A stretch of DNA of 34,277 nt from the NCBI GenBank assembly GCA_022615805.1, contig JAKEGO010000152.1, positions 1-34,277 on the forward strand. Direction: 5' to 3'. Position numbers and translations under genes: made by a program. Under the pieces are notes generated by a model that had not been told where the DNA came from, ran no database searches, and saw nothing but the letters and a program-made list of their open reading frames with translations. The DNA comes from Thermoplasmata archaeon. GTDB lineage: Archaea; Thermoplasmatota; JAKEGO01. The stretch's first letter is position 1. Every line of letters begins with the position of its first letter. Positions 16,326 through 24,500 of the stretch are shown here, in pieces.

Positions 16326-16491
16326 CTCGATGGTCTGGTACCATGGCGATGAGCGCCGGCCGGGGCGGGTATGGCCCTATTACGGTGCGCGGGACATAGG
16401 TCCGCAGGTGGCCGCCTCCGCCAGGAGGCACCCGAAGGCCCTGCCGCCGATGCCGCTCCTGCGGAAGCGCCCGGGCCAAAACACGGAAAGG

Positions 16492-16499
16492 GTTAATAC
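16492..16499 (+). promoter_or_regulatory. TATA-like element (GTTAATAC) for the DUF354 gene
   Basis: Centred about 27 nt upstream of ATG 16523, giving a leaderless geometry. Confidence 0.35.
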
Positions 16500-16522
16500 C
16501 GCCAGCTGGATTACCGGCACGG

Positions 16523-17572
16523 ATGAGGGTCCTGTTCGACATCGCCCACCCCGCGAACGTCCACTTCTTCAAGCACGTGATGTGGGAGCTGAGGCGGATG
16601 GGCCACGAGACGGCCATCACAATTCGCGAGCGCGAGGGGATGATCAGGCCGCTCCTCGACGCCTACGGCTTCGAGTACATGGAGATGCTCCCGAACCAGC
16701 GGGGCCTGCTGAGGAAGGCCTCGGGCGTGCCGATCAATGACATCATGGCCCTCAGGTGCATTCACGAGTTCGAGCCAGACCTCATCATCGGCCGCGCGGC
16801 CCCCTACATAGCACATGCGAGGGCACTGACCCGCACCCCCTACGTCATCTACGAGGACACCGAGGTCGCAACGATGAACCTGATGCTGAGCCTCCCTTTC
16901 ACCACGAGGATCATCGTGCATACCGGCTATCAGCTCAGGTTCGGGCGCCTCCTCGAGAGGAAGGTGGACCGGATACCGGCCTACAAGGAGCTGGCCTGCC
17001 TCCATCCCAACTGGTTCACGCCCGACCCGAACATCCGGGCGGAAATGGGCCTGGGAAGGGACGAGAAAATCGTCCTTGTGAGGCTCTCGGCCAGGGACTC
17101 CTCCCACGATTTCGGCGTCTCGGGCCTCCCGCATGCGAAGCGGGCACTGATGCCGATCGTTAAGCGGCTCGAGGAGCACGCCCGGGTCCTCATCACATCC
17201 GAGCTCGAGATGCCCGAGGGGATGGAGGAGTACGCCATGGACATCGAGCCCCACAGGATCCACGACCTCATGGCGGAGCTGAGCCTCTACGTCGGGGAGG
17301 GCTCGACCATGGCGGCGGAGGCCGCCTGCCTCGGCGTGCCGTGGATCTTCGTCTCGAACCAGACAAGAGGCCAGCTGGAGGAGATGGAGCGCGATTACGG
17401 CCTCGGCTTCAAGATCGGGGACCGGCGGGCGGCGATCGACAAGGCGGTCGAGCTCCTTGGCAGGGAGGACCTCCTCGCTGAGTGGCAGTCCCGGAGGGCC
17501 AGATTGCTCGAGGACAAGATCGATTTCGTGCGGTACCTGGTCGACCTCGCGGTGGGTTACGATGCTCCCTGA
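16523..17572 (+). CDS. DUF354 domain protein (archaeal glycosyltransferase-fold protein)
   Basis: The N-terminus 'MRVLFDIAHPANVHFFKHVMWELRRMGHETAITIRERE' matches the DUF354 start (MkiwiDi.hP.hvhFFk). Its 349 aa length is typical. Confidence 0.7.
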   Translation: MRVLFDIAHPANVHFFKHVMWELRRMGHETAITIREREGMIRPLLDAYGFEYMEMLPNQRGLLRKASGVPINDIMALRCIHEFEPDLIIGRAAPYIAHARALTRTPYVIYEDTEVATMNLMLSLPFTTRIIVHTGYQLRFGRLLERKVDRIPAYKELACLHPNWFTPDPNIRAEMGLGRDEKIVLVRLSARDSSHDFGVSGLPHAKRALMPIVKRLEEHARVLITSELEMPEGMEEYAMDIEPHRIHDLMAELSLYVGEGSTMAAEAACLGVPWIFVSNQTRGQLEEMERDYGLGFKIGDRRAAIDKAVELLGREDLLAEWQSRRARLLEDKIDFVRYLVDLAVGYDAP

Positions 17573-18221
17573 GCACATCGGCCGCAGGGACGACAAGGCG
17601 TGGCTCGGCGGCGTGGACGAGGCGGGGCGCGGCCCCGTCATGGGCCCGCTCGTCGTCGCAGGCGTGGCGACCTCGGACCCGGCGGGCCTGGCCGCCTCCG
17701 GCGTGAGGGACTCGAAGGTGCTCTCCCCCGCCAGGCGCGAACGCCTTTTCGAGGTGATAGTGGGCACGTGCGAGGCATGCGTCCTGACCATAAGCGCGAG
17801 CGAGCTGGACGACCTCATGGGGAAGAGGTCGCTGAACGAGGTGGAGTTCGCGGCGTTCGACGCCGTCATCAGGGCCCTCCCCGCGCGCAAGGTGGTCGTG
17901 GACGCCTTCGGGGACGAGGCCGAGCTCTCGCGCAAGCTCGGCGCGAGGACCTCGCGGGAGGTCGTCGCGAGGCACAGGGCCGACGCGACCGATCCTCTGG
18001 CCTCGGCCGCATCCATCGTGGCCAAGGTCGTTCGGGACAGGGCCATCGCGGAGATCGGGAGGGAACTGGGTGCTGAGATAGGGAGCGGCTATCCCTCCGA
18101 CCCCGCGACGATATCCTTTATGGAGCGCTACATCGAGGAGAACGCGACGCTGCCGCCGCACGCCAGGCGCAGGTGGGAGACGAGCGCGAGGCTGATGAAC
18201 CGGAGGCTCGACACCGGCTGA
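17562..18221 (+). CDS. rnhB: ribonuclease HII
   Basis: 'LGGVDEAGRGPVMGPLVVAGV', 'DSKVLSPARRE' and 'VVVDAFG' are RNase HII catalytic motifs (DEDD). ATG 17562 overlaps the DUF354 end by 11 nt. The track start at 17457 is rejected. Confidence 0.85.
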   Translation: MLPEHIGRRDDKAWLGGVDEAGRGPVMGPLVVAGVATSDPAGLAASGVRDSKVLSPARRERLFEVIVGTCEACVLTISASELDDLMGKRSLNEVEFAAFDAVIRALPARKVVVDAFGDEAELSRKLGARTSREVVARHRADATDPLASAASIVAKVVRDRAIAEIGRELGAEIGSGYPSDPATISFMERYIEENATLPPHARRRWETSARLMNRRLDTG

Positions 18222-18496
18222 CCACCCTGACCGCGACACGCGCCATTCTACTTGGCTATTGTGCCTTGCGGGGCCGCATCCCCTCCATTTCGCCGATACA
18301 TCCCCACAACCTCGAAGGCTCATCCCGAAAGTCGGGCATCTTCCCGGCGAGAGGCGAAGGCAAATTTTGAAATATCGCCCATTTTATTTTCAGGCCAGCA
18401 CGTTAAGGTTTCCTATATTTCCTGTGAAAATTCTTCCCGTCAGAGGGCTTCGCCGGCCCCGCGGTCAGCCGTGGACGACCACCTTTTCCAAGGGAT

Positions 18497-18510
18497 AAAT
18501 ATTTATAATG
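18497..18510 (+). promoter_or_regulatory. TATA box (AAATATTTATAATG) of the giant surface-protein gene
   Basis: This is the strongest TATA in the 357-nt AT-rich intergenic region. It predicts a ~45-nt 5' UTR containing a 6-bp hairpin (GAAGGC 18546-18551 / GCCTTC 18557-18562) and the SD GGAGGGTG (18566-18573). Confidence 0.55.
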
Positions 18511-18578
18511 CCAGATGGTTAGATTATTAACGTCCGAAATGGGTCGAAGGCGTCGAGCCTTCATCGGAGGGTGCTAGG

Positions 18579-21500
18579 ATGAGACGGACAGCATGGTTCC
18601 TCGCGTGGCTGATGATGACGAGCACACTCGCTCCACTTTTTACTACGAACTCGACCGCCGATGGCACCGAAGGCGCCGCACCCCTGCGGGCCGGTCACAT
18701 CGAGGGCTTCGTGCTCGATCGAGAGGGAGCCCCCCTCTCCGGGGCGACGGTGACCTTCGACGGTGGATTCCTCACGAACACGGACGAACGGGGCTTCTTC
18801 TCGTCAGCGCTCCCAGCGGGTTCGTACGATGTGATGGCAACCATGACGGGGCACTCCCCCGCCGTCATCAGGGACGTCGTCGACGGCGAGACCGTCACGG
18901 TCCATCTCGTCCCGCGCGGGTGGATGGAGGCTGGCGACGAGTTCATGGACGGGACCCACACGAACACGCAGCACCTCGCGGACGGCGTCCGCCTCGCCGC
19001 GGCCGTGGACCCGGTCCTCCCCCAGGACGAGTGGTTCTTCTCGACGTCCAACGATTACATGTCGGGCTCGAGCTGGCTCGAGCGCAACGACAACAAGGGC
19101 CGTGTATGGTACGTCGACATCAACGGCGACGGCACGTTCGGGACGAAGGACGAGCTCAACGCCGACTACGAGGACTTCGAGATCGCGGTGGACGGGTATA
19201 CGCTGAACCAGCGGGGCCTACCGATGGCCGACTTCGATAACGACGGTGATTACGACCTCGTTATACCGTACATATGGTACGACGGCTCGTGGCACACGAC
19301 GAACAACCTAAGGTTCGTCGAGAACCTGGGCAAGGACGGGGACGGGCACAGGGTCTTCGCCGCCCCGGTCGAGATACCCGGGACCGCGGTCAACCTCGCC
19401 AACTACATGTACGACGCCGCGGTCGACGATTTCAACGAGGACGGTGACTGGGACTTCATATTCTGCGGGGCCAACGACGACCTCCGTTTCATGGAGGGTA
19501 ACGGCGACGGGACCTTCTCGCTCCACGTCATCACGAACAACGCGCCGGGCTCCCAGGTCCGGGGGAAGGGAGCGGGCGACGTCAACAACGACGGCCACGC
19601 CGACCTGGTCATGATAGAGCGGACGACGGGTGGGGTATACGTTTACTACGGGGATGGGGCGGGCAACTTCCCGGCCAACCCCACCTTCCTGTTCACCGCC
19701 TATTCCGAGCTCTACGGCACCGTCACGTACCGGGACCCGTACGGCCTCGCGGTGGCAGACTTCGACAACGACGGCACGGTCGACATCATCACGAACGATG
19801 GCTCGCCGGCGCTCTATTCGCTCTGGCTCGGCGATGGCACCGGCGCCTTCGAGTTCGCCGGCCCCAAGTTCGACCTGAGCAACCACGGCGCCATCGATCC
19901 CTTCGACATCGACGGCGACGGGGACATGGACCTGCTCGTGATCGAATCGGCTAGCGGCGGTACCATATGGTCCGTCTCGAACTGGGACGACGGCGAGACG
20001 TGGACCACCGGGAGCATAATCAAGTCGAGCTCCTCCACCCACCCGGGCACCTACGGGATCGCCACACCTCCGGTGCTGCCGGTGTACGAGACTACGGGGA
20101 CCTACACGTCGAGCGTGCACGACACGGGCAGCGCTCAGTCGGTCATCACCCTCGTCACCTTCGGGTCGCGGACGAACGCGAACCAGGGGATCGGCGTCGA
20201 CGTTAGGAGCTCGAACGACCCGGGCATGGCGGGCGCCTCCGCGTGGGAGCCGGTGACATCGCACGACAACGTCATATCCACGCCGGCCGGCAGGTACGTC
20301 CAGTATCGTGCGCGCTTCACAAGCACGATGCGAAGCACCCCAGTGCTGGACTCCGTCACGATACATTACCAGACGAACCCCGCATGGGTGACCGGTACGG
20401 TCTCGAACACGGGCGGTTACGCCGTGCCGGGCGCCAGGGTGGGGTTCTGGTCCGGTGGCCTGGAGGTCGCGTGGGACACGAGCGACGCGTCGGGCGACTA
20501 CAGGATCGGCGTCTCAGCGGGGGATTACTCGCTGCGGGCCGCCTGCGACGACTACAATCCCTACAAAGAGAACGTGACCGTCATCGCGAACGCCCTCAAG
20601 GACATCGAGATATCCTACCGCAACTTCATCGAGCACACCCTCCCGGACGATTTCATGGGCGGCACATTCGACAACGCCCGGATTGCCACGACATTCGCCG
20701 GGGAGCTCGAGCTTGCGACCAACATCGCCCTCGGAACGACCGTGTTCAGCAACCGGTCCTCCTCGTACGAGTACGACTTCCCCTACATGGTCGACGGGAC
20801 GATAACGCGGCGTTTCGAGAGCACGGTCAACGCCGGCCCGGACACCGGGTACATGAACCCGCAGTGGGTCGCCATCGACCTCGGCGGGATGAACGATGTC
20901 TCCGCCATCGATTACCGGATGAGCTACCTCACGCGGTTCTGGCAGAACGGGTTCGTCATCGCCGTTCGCACCGGGTACGACCCGGTCGCCGGGACCTTCT
21001 CCGGGGGCGAGGAGATAGTCTCGTTCCCGAAGTGGACGTGGACCAGTGGGTCCGAATGCCCGGATGACCTCCTGCTCGTGCAGGGCGCGACGTTCAGGGC
21101 CTCCAGCGGGGCGAACGTCAGCGGGTGGCTCCCGGCGACCCCCTCGGTCAATGGCCGGTACGTCGTGATATCGAACGTCTACGGGAACGACACCAACAGC
21201 GCGACGTGGCACAGGTACCGCGTGGCGGAGGTCTCCGTCTACACGCCGTCGATGACGGGCGAATACGTCTCCGCGCCATGGAACGTGACCGACCCTGCCC
21301 GCCAGGTCTCGTGCGTCCAGTGGCACTCCGACGTCCCGGCAGGCACCACGCTCGAGGTCGCCATCCGCGCGGCGGACACGGAGGCGCTGCTCGCCGCCGA
21401 ACCATGGACCGTCGTTGAGGACCGGGAGCACGGCTTCGCGCCGGCGATCCGGGGGCAGTTCGTCCAGTATCGCGTTTCGATGTCCTCGGCCGACGGCATC

Positions 21501-24500
21501 GCGGCTCCAGCGCTGTTCGACATCATGGTCTTCTCATACGAGAGGCCAGCGTGGATCCTCGGCAACGTCACGCAGACCCGTGTGGGCACGGTCATCCCCC
21601 TCGCGGCGGTCCACGTGACCAGGGAGGACGGCCAGTTGCTTCCGTTCACGGTCATGACCGACCTCGACGGCTCGTACATCGCCCCGGTCGAGTATCCGGC
21701 GGCCGGCAGGCTCGAGCACTCGCTCGACGTGAGCAAGCGCGGGTACCAGGACGGCGGTGCAAACGCCAACGTCACGCCCGCCCTCATCGAGGTCACCGCA
21801 GACGTGGAGCTCGAACCGGTCGACGACTGGACGCAGCTGTGGGGCAACCGCGAGCACACGTCCTCGACGAACCTACCCGCGAACATGTACGCCCAGGGCG
21901 TCAAATGGAAGGCATACATCGGTGGATACGCAGGTTGGGGGGTCATCTACGACGTCAACCTGGACACCCGGAACGACCTCGTCATGGTGTACGGCGATCG
22001 GGTCGTCGCCAAGACGCCGGACAACGTCCTCCTGTGGGTCGGAGAGACGAACGACGTGGACCGCATCATCGGCATCTACGACCTGGACAAGAACGGGATA
22101 CCCGACATCGTCGCGGCGAAGCAGAACCCGGCCAGGATAGCGATCATCAACGGCGTCAACGGGTCACTCCAGTACGAGCAGACATGGCCCACGGGCAGCC
22201 TGCACCAGTATGCGCCCGACAACATCGTCGTCGACGACTTCGACGGCCTCGTGGACGGCAAGTACGAGATGATCGTCAAGCTGAACGACGGCCGGCTGAG
22301 GGCATGGGGCTTCGACACCAGAGGGTGGAAGGCCATACCCAGGACGATGTGGGAGATCCCGTATGCCTACGCCGCGAAGAACAGCATCGCGGTCGGGGAC
22401 GTCGACCTCGACGGCGTCAAGGACGTCGTCGTGCTCTACACATACGGCGTCTCGGTGTACGACGCGGAGGACGGGAGCTTCAAGTACGAACGCACCCTGG
22501 CCGCCAGCCCGTACATGATCGGCGGCTCCGTCATCATCCGCGACATAAACGCGAGCGACGGGCGCGGGAACATAATCATCCCGTACTCCGAGCCGAACAA
22601 CAACTGGTACCAGAACAACGATTACTACACGCACGATGGGGTCATGGTCCTCGAATGCAACGCGTCGACGATAGGCCTCAAGACGGACTACGTGGTCGAG
22701 CACGGCGGCTACGGGAACCAGATCCTCTGGGAGTGGATGGAGGGGTGCGTGGCCGACCCGGACGGCGACGGGGTCCTCGAGTTCGTCGGGAGCATGAGGA
22801 ACATCAGCTCCGCTGCGGCAAGGGCGGGGGCGAACCACTGGTACACGGTGATCATCGACCTGGAGAACGGCGTCAAGGAGGGCCAGTACGGCAGCCCGAC
22901 GACCGGCCAGTGGGAGATAAAGACCGTCGCGAACCTAGATGCCGACCCCGAGGAGGAGATCGTGCTCCAGTCGGGGCAGGACTGGGTCTGCCTGGACGGT
23001 AATGAGACCGGCTACCACGTCAAGTGGACGGCCAGCGGGTACACCTACGCGTACTGGAACCGCTTCTACAAGGCCGAGCAAAACCCGGCGGAGTGCTGGT
23101 TCAACTCTGGCCAGTACTACTGGCTATGGTACCAGGTCTACGGCCCGAACGCGCACGGCGACATCGACGGCGACGGCATCGACGAGCTCTTCCTGACGAA
23201 GGCGGGCAACATCACGGCGAACCACGCCAACGGGTCAGCCCTGGAGGAGGTATGGAGGTTCGTTCCCCCGACGAACAATCCGATGCCGAACGTCTACATG
23301 CGCGACATCGGCAACCTGACCGGCGATCCGAGGAAGGAGGCCGTCATCGTGACCGACGACGGCTACCTCTACGTCGTCAACTCCACCGGGAGCTACCGGA
23401 CCGTGAGGACGGGCGGCTCGAGGTCCAACATCTGGGTCGCCGACATGAACGTCGACGGCATCAAGGAGATACTCGTCCAACTCCCGCACGAGACGTGGCT
23501 GACCGTGCTCAACGCATCCCTTGCCGACTACCACAACGAGCCCGTCTCAACGCCGCTCAGGCACATGCACGAGGACACGCACTTCTTCATCGACTACGAC
23601 TCGGACGGGAGGGTCGAGCTCATCACGAAGAACTGGGGGACGATCTACTGCTACGAGTGGGACGGCGCCTCATGGGTGCAGGAATGGCGCCTCGACCGCC
23701 GCGATGTCTACCGGAGCAAGGTCCAGCGCCTCTACGAGTGGAACCAACTGAGGGTAGGCAACTTCAACGGTGACGAGTACCTCGACATCTACGTAAGGTT
23801 CAACAACTACTCGTACAGCCAGCCAAACGAATGGTCCAAGTACACCACAGGCTGCTGCGTGTTCGACGGGAAGACGCGGCGCACGATATGGGCGAAGGAG
23901 GGCATGTCGGCCAGGTACGCCGTCGTGTACGACTACGACAACGACGGGCTCGACGAGATGGTCATCCAGGACGGGACGACCTACAGGGTCTTCGACCCCC
24001 TCATCGGGGAGTACATCTACACGATGGGGAACAGTCCGACCTACTCGTACGGCGGCCAGATGGTGGGGAACGCCGACCATGACGCCATGGACGAGTTGCT
24101 GGTGGCCTACCAATACTACTCGGAGAACGTGATCGGGTCGGCCGTGGACATGACCACGGGTGCGACGCTATGGTACGGTGGCGATACCACCCGTAGCACC
24201 TACAGCGCGGAATCGGCCCATGGGGCGGCGGCGGACGTCGACGGCGACGGTATCGCCGAGATCATCCAGACGATGACGGACGGCCGGGCATACTGCATTG
24301 ACGACAACGGCCTCGTCCTCTGGGAGTTCGACCTCGGCGTGGACGAAACGGTCCTCTCGCCCCCGAGCGCCGCCGACCTCGACTCCGACGGCATCCCGGA
24401 GGTGCTGTTCGGGTCGTCGGACGGCTATATGTACGTCCTCGACGGCAACAACGGGAGCGTCGATTGGACCTTCCACTTCGGTTTCGGGTCGGGCCAGCCG

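Noticed and set aside
16326-16491. GC-rich 165-nt intergenic stretch between UPF0179 and DUF354 with a C-box-like GCGATGAGC; considered as a C/D box sRNA or other ncRNA
   Set aside because: It does not match the RUGAUGA/CUGA box pairs, and no terminal stem is present. It is most simply the two divergent promoters plus spacer.
16511-18323. Minus-strand ORFs of 511 aa and 304 aa opposite DUF354 and rnhB
   Set aside because: These are shadow ORFs. The plus-strand genes have diagnostic motifs (the DUF354 N-terminus and the RNase HII DEAGRG motif).
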